From Trueperaceae bacterium (GTDB lineage Bacteria; Deinococcota; Deinococci; Deinococcales; Trueperaceae), in contig CBDCDZ010000004.1 in the NCBI GenBank assembly GCA_965215565.1, positions 1,248,001-1,312,000 of the forward strand: 64,000 nucleotides of DNA, in the 5' to 3' direction. Below are positions 9,704 to 18,929 of the stretch, piece after piece (position 1 is the first letter of the stretch; each line of letters opens with the position of its first letter). Made by a program: the position numbers and the translations under genes. The notes beneath the pieces were generated by a model that had not been told where the DNA came from, made no database searches, and worked only from the letters and a program-made list of their open reading frames with translations.

Positions 9704-11378
9704 CGAAAATACGCTGCGCCGCTACTGGAGAAAGCTATCCTACATCACGCGATCTTGGGGAAGGTCCCTGCGGCTGGCCGAGCACGGCGCTATTCTGTTC
9801 CTCTACGCGGCCTCCTTCTTCGCACTGACCTGGCCGTCGGTCCTCCGTTTCGGCACGCACATCATGAGCGACCGGGGGGACGGCTTACAGATGTACTGGA
9901 ACGTGTGGTGGGTTCGTCACGCTGTACTCAATGGCGCGCAGCCCTTCGAGACGTCCCTGCTCTTCTACCCGGAAACGCCTAGTCTAATCGTGCACAGCCT
10001 TCACGCATTCGGCGGCTTTCTCACGGTTCCTTTTGCGGGGCTATTGAACGACGTCGCGCTCTTTAACGTCGTGGTGACGTTCGGCTTCGTGGCGTCCGGC
10101 TGGGGGGCGTATCTGCTCACCCAGCATTTTGTAAAGGGCACTCTACCCGCCTTCGTCGCCGGGTACATCTTCACGTTTTCCAACTACCACTTTGCGCACG
10201 CCACGGGGCACCTCAACCTCGTTCTGATGCAGTGGATTCCCTTTTACTTTCTCTTCCTGCTACGACTTTTGCGTGGGGGGCGTGAACGTGACGCGGTATT
10301 CGCGGCGCTCTTTCTCTTTCTGACCCTGCTCTGCGACCACTACTACTTCCTTTTCTGCGTGCTCGCCTCCGCCATTTTCATATTGTGGGGAGTCTGGACG
10401 AAGATCGCCTTAAATGTGCGCACCGCACGAGCTTTTGCGCTCTTTGGTGGACTTTCGCTCGTCACCTCTGGCGTGTTTCTTCTCGCTTTTTTGCGCGCGG
10501 CTGCCGGTGAAGTCACAGGTCACGACCCTCGAGGCGGCGGTATGAACCCCTTCGCTCTACTTGTACCGGGGGGTCACTGGCGCTTCCGAGAGCTAACTGA
10601 GCTGTACTGGGGGGGTAGCAACATCCACGAGACGAGCGTGCACCTCGGGCTAGGCGTGCTCACGCTCGCAGCGTGTGGCTACTACCTTTTGTATAGACGG
10701 CGTGACGACGCGCGCACTCTGCTGATCGCGCTCGCGCTCGCCTTTTTCTACTTAGCTCTTGGGAAAGGTCCGCAGTTAGCAGGCGTCACCCTATTTGCGC
10801 CCTACGACCTGCTCGAGTACGCCCTGCCCCCTATCCGAGCGGGCGGCGTGCCGGTGCGCTTCGTCGTCGTGACTATCCTTATGTTGGCTGTTCTTGCGGC
10901 TTGCGGGGTACGGTTGCTTTGGGACTCTCGGCGCGGACGTCTGCCGCTGGCTTTGTTGTTATGCCTCGCGTTCACCGAACTTCTCCCCTATCCCGTCCCG
11001 AGCACCCTAGTAACCTTTCCGCCTGAGATTGAGGTTTTGGCGAAGCGAGCAGCGGCTCAGCCGGGCGCGGTGCTCGACCTGGCGCACTCCCGTCAGCTCG
11101 CCATGCTCTACCAAACCCGCCACAAACAACCCATCCAGACGGGCTATCTCGCGCGGATGCAGGGTGCGACGGAGCGCAGCTACGCGCAGGTCCAGCGGCT
11201 CATCCGCACGGACCGCTTTGCTGAACTCGGCTCGACTTGGGGCTTTCGTTACGTCCTCTCCGAAGCGCCGCTCGACTGCTGCCGCCTCCTCTACGTCGGT
11301 TCGGTTCGGCTGTATGAGATTCCGCTCGCACCAGACGCGCGTAGTGACATAGGGGTCCCGCTGCGACCCTCGCGGTAG
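9687..11378 (+). CDS. Multi-TM membrane protein, probable GT-C/YfhO-like glycosyltransferase
   Basis: DGLQMYWNVWW loop, many TM segments, GYIFTFS..H..H..GHLNL. Confidence 0.6.
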   Translation: MSTGTSENTLRRYWRKLSYITRSWGRSLRLAEHGAILFLYAASFFALTWPSVLRFGTHIMSDRGDGLQMYWNVWWVRHAVLNGAQPFETSLLFYPETPSLIVHSLHAFGGFLTVPFAGLLNDVALFNVVVTFGFVASGWGAYLLTQHFVKGTLPAFVAGYIFTFSNYHFAHATGHLNLVLMQWIPFYFLFLLRLLRGGRERDAVFAALFLFLTLLCDHYYFLFCVLASAIFILWGVWTKIALNVRTARAFALFGGLSLVTSGVFLLAFLRAAAGEVTGHDPRGGGMNPFALLVPGGHWRFRELTELYWGGSNIHETSVHLGLGVLTLAACGYYLLYRRRDDARTLLIALALAFFYLALGKGPQLAGVTLFAPYDLLEYALPPIRAGGVPVRFVVVTILMLAVLAACGVRLLWDSRRGRLPLALLLCLAFTELLPYPVPSTLVTFPPEIEVLAKRAAAQPGAVLDLAHSRQLAMLYQTRHKQPIQTGYLARMQGATERSYAQVQRLIRTDRFAELGSTWGFRYVLSEAPLDCCRLLYVGSVRLYEIPLAPDARSDIGVPLRPSR

Positions 11379-11435
11379 CCCGGCCTATTCGAGCCGCCCC
11401 TACTCAGCACGACGATGGCAAAGCGGCGTAACTAC

Positions 11436-11564
11436 ATGGTCAAGAGAGAGAGTGAGGATACGCCGTTCAAGAGGTTGCGCGGCGTCGCTACGGTGGCGAT
11501 GAGCACGGACGAGATTATAGCACTAACTCGTAACGATATGACCCGCAACGATGGCGAAGCCTAA
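11436..11564 (+). CDS. 42-aa truncated antitoxin (C-terminal tail of AbrB/MazE-type VapB)
   Basis: MVKRESEDTPFKRLRGVATVAMSTDEIIALTR...; overlaps the PIN gene start; not in the ORF track. Confidence 0.5.
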   Translation: MVKRESEDTPFKRLRGVATVAMSTDEIIALTRNDMTRNDGEA

Positions 11565-11964
11565 ACTGCTCGTAGATAGCAACGTCTTATTGGATATCTT
11601 TTCGGATGACCCCGTTTGGTTTACCTGGTCCGAGCAGACGCTGAGCCGCTACGCCCAAACGCACGACCTCGTGATTAACCCGGTCATCTATATAGAGCTT
11701 TCCATCAGCTTTGAAAGAATTGAGGAACTCGAGGCGTCGTTGCGCGCTGCCTCTATAGGCGTAGCGACGCTGCCGAGAGAAGCCCTCTTTTTAGCAGGCA
11801 AGGTGTTTTTGAGCTATCGGCGGCGGGGCGGCGCGAAGGCGTCCACCTTACTAGACTTCTTTATCGGGGCTCAGGCGGCGGTTCAGAAGCTTCCCCTTTT
11901 GACGAAAGATGTTGAGCGCTACAAGACTTATTACCCGACGGTAGAGCTGATAAGCCCGGTTTAG
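11551..11964 (+). CDS. VapC/PIN-domain toxin
   Basis: LVDSNVLLD, DFFIGAQA, LLTKD. Confidence 0.88.
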   Translation: MAKPKLLVDSNVLLDIFSDDPVWFTWSEQTLSRYAQTHDLVINPVIYIELSISFERIEELEASLRAASIGVATLPREALFLAGKVFLSYRRRGGAKASTLLDFFIGAQAAVQKLPLLTKDVERYKTYYPTVELISPV

Positions 11965-12013
11965 GCTCGAGCCCCCTCTACCTTCAAACGCTCATCTCGG
12001 TTACAATCAAGGG

Positions 12014-12451
12014 GTGCGCAAGCTGACCTCTCCCGCTAAGCCGCTCTCCCTAAAGGAGCATCTGCCCGCTTTAGAGACAATCTTCGCAGATTCGGGTGTG
12101 GTAGCGCTCTATCTCTATGGCTCGCACGGAACGCCGCAGCAAACGCCGCTGAGCGATATTGATCTGGCGGTGGTTGCACCCCTTGGTCAGCGGGTGGATG
12201 AACCTGAGCTGCTCAGCAAGGTCACAGACCTCTTGGGTGATGATGTCTCCCTCACGATACTTAACCGTGCGCCGCTCCCTTTCCGCTTCCTCGTCCTCGA
12301 GACGGGGCGACCTCTTTTCGTCTTCGACAAGGACGCCCTAGCCGACTTCACTGAGCAAACACTCGTGTATTATCACGACTTTCGACCCGATTACGAGGCG
12401 ATGGTGCGCGATTACGACAGCGCATTGCGAGAGCGCTATGGCGGTCCATAA
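12014..12451 (+). CDS. MNT minimal nucleotidyltransferase antitoxin (MntA-like)
   Basis: YLYGS-x9-SDIDLAV motif. Confidence 0.88.
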   Translation: MRKLTSPAKPLSLKEHLPALETIFADSGVVALYLYGSHGTPQQTPLSDIDLAVVAPLGQRVDEPELLSKVTDLLGDDVSLTILNRAPLPFRFLVLETGRPLFVFDKDALADFTEQTLVYYHDFRPDYEAMVRDYDSALRERYGGP

Positions 12452-12860
12452 GGACAAATTACGCCAGAAGCTGCATTACATCCGTGAGTCTGTTGAGCAC
12501 TTGGAGGACATCCGCAGTCGGGGGCGTGATGCGTTTGTCCGCGACTGGCTCCTACGAGCTGCCGCTGAGCGCTCGTTGCAGGTTGCGATTGAGGCTGTTT
12601 TAGACGTTGCGAATCACCTTATCGCCCAAGAGGGTTGGGGTCTGCCAAATAGCTATAGGGAGGCGCTCGAGATACTGCTACGTGAGGGTGTGTTGCCCCA
12701 AGAGAAATCACAGGACTATCTGCAAATGGTGAGCTTTCGCAATCGCATCGTCCATCTTTATGACCAAATTGACCCTGAAGAGGTTTTTACTATCGTTGAA
12801 AATAGCCTGGGCGACTTAGAGGTGTTTATCCGCGCTATTGTTCAACGTTACTTGAGCTAG
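12438..12860 (+). CDS. HEPN/DUF86 toxin (HepT-like)
   Basis: RNRIVHLY (R-x4-H-x-Y); overlaps the MNT gene. Confidence 0.9.
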   Translation: MAVHKDKLRQKLHYIRESVEHLEDIRSRGRDAFVRDWLLRAAAERSLQVAIEAVLDVANHLIAQEGWGLPNSYREALEILLREGVLPQEKSQDYLQMVSFRNRIVHLYDQIDPEEVFTIVENSLGDLEVFIRAIVQRYLS

Positions 12861-12937
12861 GGCTCGAGCCTACAACCATCCTCTACAACGTGAAGAAGTG
12901 CGAGAATAAACCTCTGCGCACCTCTTCACTTCAACCC

Positions 12938-13306
12938 TCAGCCCATCGAATGCAGCCCGACCCTATTCCCCTCCGAATCCACAAACAGCGCGATAAAGCC
13001 GTTTTCGCCGATGCCCATCTTATCTTGGATGATTTCACCGCCCGCCGCTTTCACTTTGCCTAAAGGGACGCTCAAATCGTCGCCGCCGTTGAGGTAGATG
13101 ATGCTTGCATTACGGCTCGGCACATAGTCCCACTTTGCGCTCTTGACGAGTCCGCCGCCGACACCCTCACTGGCTGGAAACATCGTCATCTCACCCCCGT
13201 CCATCTCTGCGTCAATCAGTTCAGTATCCATGACCGTTTCGTAGAACGCCTTTGCTCTGTCCAAATCCGTCACAGGAATCTCGAACCAGTTGAGTGCGTT
13301 TGCCAT
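12938..13306 (-). CDS. VOC/glyoxalase family protein
   Basis: NWFEIPVTDLDRAKAFY...DSEGNRVGLHS. Confidence 0.9.
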   Translation of the reverse strand: MANALNWFEIPVTDLDRAKAFYETVMDTELIDAEMDGGEMTMFPASEGVGGGLVKSAKWDYVPSRNASIIYLNGGDDLSVPLGKVKAAGGEIIQDKMGIGENGFIALFVDSEGNRVGLHSMG

Positions 13307-13417
13307 TGTCTACCTCCGTGATGGGGTGTAGTTTCGGAACCTGTCTCGAGCCCATCTACCTTAAATTTTAAGGTGCGCAAGTGACAGCGTTATGTCAGTA
13401 AGACAAAAGCAGTTGAA

Positions 13418-13505
13418 AGCAACGAGCAATGAGTTGAAAGTAAAAAGCCTTGACTCATTGCTCACCGTTCGTCCCCGAAAGGGGATTGCTCGGAACTCAT
13501 TGCTC
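13418..13505. repeat. Heptamer-based palindromic repeat, copy 2
   Basis: Shares blocks with 3706-3793. Confidence 0.75.
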
Positions 13506-14436
13506 TTAACGTCACCTCGAGTTCCAACTTCAAGAGGTCTTTCAAACTTTTGGGGGCTAGGACACGCACGCTCGAGCCCCAACTCAGTATCCAGGAAAGC
13601 GCTTCTTCAAGTCGGTGAACTTTCAGGGTGACGCGCAGACCTTCGGGCGTTTCGCAAGTGTCGTGAACGAAATAAACGGGACGCTCCTTCACCCACTGCG
13701 TGACGCCTTTGTCGAAAAGAAGTGCAACCTCTTGCCCAGACGGATTCGGCTCGTCGTGCACGTTCACGCTGTACCCTACTTGTCGCTCGAACATTTGCGG
13801 AAGCACGCTAACCTCTTGGATGCGGTCGAGGCGAAAGGTGCGCATAGCGCGGCGCAGATGGCAATAAGCGGAGAGCACCCAAGCGTCTTTGAAGTGAATC
13901 AGCGCGTGCGGGTCTACGGTGCGCTCGCTCAGCTCGCCCGCTGTTCTGTCCAAACGTTTGAAGTAGCGAAGGTGTAAGGGGTGTTGCTCCAAAATCGCCT
14001 TCCTAACAAGCTGCAACGTTTCCGAGGTATCAATCAGCACATCCGAATCCATCTGCACGAAACGGATGTTATCTTTTAAGTAGGCGACGTCCTTAGCCAC
14101 CGCCCCACTCAACACGGCTTCAATTTTACGACTGGCAGATTTCGCAGCGGCGCGGTACTGCGTGTCAAAGCTCTGCGCCATCACCTCACTGCCGAGCGTC
14201 AACATCATCGCTTCGTCCGGGCTGAGCGAAACGGGCGGCAAGAAGTAGCCTTCCATCAGCCAGTAGCCCTGACCCGCTGCCGAGACGACGGGCACGCCCG
14301 ACTCATTGAGCGCCAAAATGTCGCGGTAAATGGTGCGCTTGGTAACGCCGAAGGTGTGCGCCAAAGCTTCCGCTGTGACGCGCTCGCGCCCCTGGAGTTC
14401 TAAAACGATGGCTAGAAGTCTATCCGTACGGTTCAT
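13462..14436 (-). CDS. YafY-family HTH-WYL transcriptional regulator
   Basis: MNRTDRLLAI, RTIYRDI, WVLSAYCHLR, RTFRLDRI. Confidence 0.92.
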   Translation of the reverse strand: MNRTDRLLAIVLELQGRERVTAEALAHTFGVTKRTIYRDILALNESGVPVVSAAGQGYWLMEGYFLPPVSLSPDEAMMLTLGSEVMAQSFDTQYRAAAKSASRKIEAVLSGAVAKDVAYLKDNIRFVQMDSDVLIDTSETLQLVRKAILEQHPLHLRYFKRLDRTAGELSERTVDPHALIHFKDAWVLSAYCHLRRAMRTFRLDRIQEVSVLPQMFERQVGYSVNVHDEPNPSGQEVALLFDKGVTQWVKERPVYFVHDTCETPEGLRVTLKVHRLEEALSWILSWGSSVRVLAPKSLKDLLKLELEVTLRAMSSEQSPFGDER

Positions 14437-14839
14437 GGTTGCCCGTCATTCCAAGAGGTCATAGCGTACCTTTAGAAATCGTTAGAGGTTCAGCCGTCAC
14501 CTCGTTCTCTTCATTGCAGTTCATCTCACTATACAGCGTCGCAGTCACATGGAGATGAGCATAAAGTTATACTAAATTTTATGCAGTACAACAACCAATG
14601 ATGTCTATCTCTTAGCGCTATCCTCTTCTGCATGGTGTCATACTTTAGCGCAAAAGCTAAACTATTTAGAGTAGCAGAGGTCTGAATATGAGAGAAATTG
14701 GATCATATTCTTCAATTTTGTGATCGACCCTTCCCAGTCCAACTGAGATAAAGGCTGACCGTCTACGGCTTGAGCTAAATCGTCGAGCGGCATCATACGT
14801 AACTGGTCGCTCCAGAGGTGTGATGCAATCTTGCTGACA

Positions 14840-14900
14840 GCGGTACCGAGCTTCTAGCCGACAGCGGCTATCAAGGTGTGGCTAAGTATCATCCTAACGA
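14840..14900 (+). pseudogene. IS5/ISL2-type transposase fragment
   Basis: Translates to ELLADSGYQGVAKYHPN, the DDE_Tnp_4 second-Asp motif; no intact ORF. Confidence 0.45.
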
Positions 14901-15055
14901 ACAGGAGCGCCACGGAAATTTTCAGGCTGTTCATAATGTCCCCCTCAGATGAAGAGCCTGGACAGATGGAGGTGTCCCGTTTTGCGTGGTCGCAAAGAGC
15001 GATTGACGTCTCTCGCGAATGTCGTTGGAAGTGCTCATTTAACCAGACTTGCAGG

Positions 15056-15352
15056 TTAAGGTCCGACCAAGCCGCGCTCCCGCGCCCACACGATGACTTC
15101 AGCGCGAGAATGGACCCCGACTTTGTCATAGAGCGTCGCGAGGTAGTTGCGCACCGTCTGCGGCGCTAAGCCGAGGTCAGCGGCGATCTGGGCGTTGCTC
15201 AGCCCCTTGGCGACGAGTACGAGCACCTGCTGCTCGCGGGGGGTCAGCGCGGCTATCCCGGTCTGATCGAGGTCGCCCGAGCGAATCTGGGCGAGCTTCT
15301 CGATGACCCGGCGGCTGAACCAAGAGGCGTCTGTGCTTGTACCAGCAAGCAT
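15056..15352 (-). pseudogene. LuxR-type HTH, C-terminal remnant of a response regulator
   Basis: LTPREQQVLVLVAKGLSNAQIA...TVRNY; receiver domain absent. Confidence 0.7.
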
Positions 15353-15419
15353 AGGTTATGAAGGCAGTTGCGTCGCGGTCGGCGGACGCGCGCGTCCGCC
15401 CTCCTAGAAGTGCTCCCTA

Positions 15420-15999
15420 ACGCATAATTACGTCGTCGCGGCATTAGTCTTATGCTCGCCACGCAGGAACGGGCACGCCTAGAGCCCGGTTGATGAGCCA
15501 GCTCGTTAGGGTGAGGAGTATACGACGCTCAGCGCCATCATAAAGAGCGCGTGGGGCGTAGTGAGCAGCCCTAAGCTCACGATGAGGGTGGTGGCTCCGC
15601 GGGTGGGTGGGAGTCTTTAGCGAGCAGCATCGCTGCCCCCGTCATCCCTACCGAAAGCGTCGCTACGCCTATTCGGATAGGGGTGACCCCCGCTTGTAAG
15701 ACGTTGGGAGCGTCTAATAGACCAAAAACGGCAAGCGCAACGTACCCGGCTGAGAGCGCGATGAAGTGACCCAAGAGGGTGCTGCGCGGGCTCGAGCCAC
15801 TAGAGAGCGGCTGCTCGAAAAAGAGGTACACCGTCGGACCTAAGCTAGGGAAGAGAAAAGGCTCCTTTAGAGCGTAAGCCGCTAGCCCACTCACCGTGAT
15901 AGCGAGCGACCCGGCGAGGAAGAGGTAAAGCGCGTCGCCTACCCTACTGAGCCGCCCGTATAGCCACCTGTGAAGCCCGTAACGCTCATGAATATTCAA
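15420..15999 (-). pseudogene. HPP family membrane protein, frameshifted (3' boundary approximate)
   Basis: FPSLGPT, HPPA; the C-terminal ATTLIVSLGLL continues in another frame. Confidence 0.65.
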
Positions 16000-16040
16000 T
16001 CTCGCGCTGTCATAGGTGTAAGCTCGACGGAGGGGGTGTC

Positions 16041-16442
16041 ATGACCGACCAAATCGTACAGATCAAGACTTTACTGGCTGTAGCGTTCGCCATCCTCACC
16101 TCATCTTCACCGCGTTGCGGGCGACCCAGCCGGTGGCGCTGCCACTCGCTTTTGCGGCGGTGCTCCTGCTCTTTTTTCGGCCGCTACAAAAGCGCCTCAG
16201 CCGGCACGTCCCGAACTGGCTGAGCGCTGTGCTCGTGATGTTCCTCGTGTTCGCGCTCTTGGCGCTCTTTTTCGCCGCTATCAGCTACGCCGTGTCGGTG
16301 GTCGCGCCGCAGGTGCCTCAGTATGTAGACCAGTTGCAACAGCAGGTGCAGCGCTGGCGCTCCAACTTGGGGGTGCCGCTCCCCTCGCTGCAAGGGGGCG
16401 CGGAGTCGCTGAACGGGCTGCTCGGACCGCTGGGCTCTTTTC
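16041..16442 (+). pseudogene. AI-2E family transporter, N-terminal remnant (frameshifted)
   Basis: PVALPLAFAAVL..FRPLQKRL..VPNWLSAV...PQY; truncated. Confidence 0.6.
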
Positions 16443-16586
16443 TCGGCGGTCTGCCCCCACCTTGGCTGCGTCGTCCACTGGAACGGCGCGGAAGCGAGCT
16501 GGGACTGCCCCTGCCATGGTAGCCGTTTCGCGCCCACGGGCGAGGTGTTAGTCGGCCCAGCGCTGGCGGGGCTCAAATCGCGCTAG
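16443..16586 (+). pseudogene. Rieske [2Fe-2S] domain C-terminal remnant
   Basis: [40 protein letters not shown]; contains both Rieske boxes. Confidence 0.8.
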
Positions 16587-16614
16587 AACGCGGCTGCCTG
16601 AAGGGGGAAAAGCC

Positions 16615-17997
16615 ATGATTTTAGAAACCGTCAAGTCCGATGGGCTCGCGCACCTCTCTTACCTTTTAGGGGACGACGGCGCGGGCGTCTGCGCGGTGAT
16701 CGACCCGCGCCGCGACGTCGAGGTTTACTTAGGGCTGGCCCAGCACCATCAGCTCCGCATCACACACGTTTTAGAGACTCACATCCACGCCGACTTCGTC
16801 TCAGGGAGTCGCGAGCTGGCCGCACGGACAGGCGCAACTATTTATGGGGGAGAAGGCGACTACGGCTTCGAGATAGAGGCGCTAAAAGAGGGCGACACGC
16901 TCTCTGTTGACCCCTTTACCCTCGAGGTGCTGCACACGCCGGGGCACTCCCCGGAGCACATCTCTTTCGTGGTGCGCGGCGGTAAAGGAGCGGAGGAACC
17001 CTGGGCTCTGTTCACAGGCGACACGCTTTTCGCCAGCGAGGTGGGGCGACCTGATCTCGCCACCGGTGAAAGCAAGGAGGAGCTAGCCCGCGACCTCTAC
17101 AGCTCGCTCGAGAAGTTGCTCGGCCTGCCGGAGACGCTCGAGGTCTATCCCGCCCACGGCGAGGGCTCACCCTGCGGCGGCAGCATCGGGGTGAGAGACC
17201 GCACAACCTTGGGGTATGAAAGGGCGCATAACGCCAAGCTGCAACTTGGTAGCGAGGCCGAATTTACCAAACAGGTCTTGGCGGAGCTGTCGCCGGAGCC
17301 GCGCTACTACCCCCGGATGAAAAGGCTGAATACCCAGGGTCCCGAACCGCTAGGCCCGCGCCCCCACCTGAGCGCCTTGTCGCCGGACCGGGTGGACGAC
17401 CTGCGACGGCGAGAGGACGTATTGCTCCTCGACACCCGCGAGATCGACGCCTTCGCGGGAGCGCACATTGAAGGCAGCCTCAATATCGCGCTGCGCTCGT
17501 CCTTCCCCATCTGGTGCGGCTGGATGCTGGACTCGGAGCAGCGCCTGGTGCTCATCAGTGAGGACGGCGCGGCGGCAGCACAGGCGCAAACCCACCTGCT
17601 GAGCACCGGTTTCGATAAGGTCATAGGTTACTTGCGGGGCGGGATGCGTACCTGGAGCGAAGCGGGGCGCGAGTTTGCAACGTCCGGGCGTATGAGCGTC
17701 CACGACTTGAACGCTAAGGTGGTAGCGGACAACGTCGGTCAGCTCCTCGACGTGCGGCGCGAGGACGAGTGGCAGGCGGGTTTCATCCCCGGCGCACAGC
17801 ACATTTTCCGGCCCTTTCTGGACGATCATCTGGGGACGTTGGACAAGGAGAGACCGGTGACGGTCTACTGCGGCAGCGGCTACCGGGCGAGTATCGCGGT
17901 GAGTCTGCTTGAACAACGCGGTTTTGGAAAAGTGACGAACGTTCTAGGGAGCATGAAAGCGTGGCGGGCGGCGGGCTTCGGTACGGTGAAGGAGTAG
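16615..17997 (+). CDS. MBL-fold hydrolase with two rhodanese domains (persulfide dioxygenase-sulfurtransferase type)
   Basis: THIHADFVSG, HTPGHSPEH, YCGSGYR. Confidence 0.9.
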   Translation: MILETVKSDGLAHLSYLLGDDGAGVCAVIDPRRDVEVYLGLAQHHQLRITHVLETHIHADFVSGSRELAARTGATIYGGEGDYGFEIEALKEGDTLSVDPFTLEVLHTPGHSPEHISFVVRGGKGAEEPWALFTGDTLFASEVGRPDLATGESKEELARDLYSSLEKLLGLPETLEVYPAHGEGSPCGGSIGVRDRTTLGYERAHNAKLQLGSEAEFTKQVLAELSPEPRYYPRMKRLNTQGPEPLGPRPHLSALSPDRVDDLRRREDVLLLDTREIDAFAGAHIEGSLNIALRSSFPIWCGWMLDSEQRLVLISEDGAAAAQAQTHLLSTGFDKVIGYLRGGMRTWSEAGREFATSGRMSVHDLNAKVVADNVGQLLDVRREDEWQAGFIPGAQHIFRPFLDDHLGTLDKERPVTVYCGSGYRASIAVSLLEQRGFGKVTNVLGSMKAWRAAGFGTVKE

Positions 17998-18114
17998 AGT
18001 CTGCCTTGTGCGAGACGTGGAAAAGACGTACGCGCACGTCTGACAGAGAGTTGAGACAGATGCACCTCTTTGATAGCTTTCAAAAACCCACGTGGCTTAG
18101 GTAGGAGGGACGAA

Positions 18115-18471
18115 GTGACTGAAATTGTAAGACCAGCAGCAGAGTGGTGCGCGGCGGCTATTGAGGCGCTCGGCGTCGGCATCATCACCGTGCTCTCGCT
18201 CTACGCACTCGCCCTAGCGGTGGTGCAGCTCATCAAGCGAACCGACGCCGAGACGATCTTCCACGAGGCCCGGCAGCGCCTCGCCCGCAGCATCTTGCTC
18301 GGTTTAGAGTTCTTAGTCGCGGCCGATATTGTCCATACGGTGGCAGTCGAGCTGAACTTCAGTACCGTAGGGGTACTGGCTATTATCGTACTGATCCGCA
18401 CCTTTCTCAGTTTTACGCTGGAGCTGGAGTTAACCGGCCGCTGGCCCTGGCAGGACGAGCGGCAGACCTAG
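18115..18471 (+). CDS. DUF1622 family membrane protein
   Basis: ILLGLEFLVAADIV, IRTFLSFTLELE, GRWPWQ; GTG start after AGGAGG. Confidence 0.85.
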   Translation: MTEIVRPAAEWCAAAIEALGVGIITVLSLYALALAVVQLIKRTDAETIFHEARQRLARSILLGLEFLVAADIVHTVAVELNFSTVGVLAIIVLIRTFLSFTLELELTGRWPWQDERQT

Positions 18472-18929
18472 CTTGTGACGTGCCGCCGGTGCGAAGGCCC
18501 ACTCACAAGCCGAAGCGTTCGTCTGGCGTTCAGGAAGTTTGCTTGCTAGCCCCGCCGTCAAGCAGTAGGGGAAGCCCCTAAGCTGGGAACACGCTCAACC
18601 CATCAAGGCTGTACGCTTACAAGTCCGGTACACCTCAGACGCCCAGGCGACTCATGCGCTCAGTCTTGACGGGGGCGGTTCGACCCAAATGTTTTGGGCT
18701 CGGGCGCTGTCTTCTCGGGCGCTGACACGAGACGACGAACGGTCACGTCATATGACCGGCTTGTACCCAACGCTTTACTGCTGAGATGAGGGCCTCATAT
18801 ACACAGCAGGATAAGAAGTCTAATGCGGTTAACGCGCGCGTCTGTTGCACAGAAGCAGAAAGGCTCAAAATAGCTTTGAGCCCGCGATACGTTGAGGTTT
18901 ACTCGACATAGTACCGTCAAATTCCAAGT

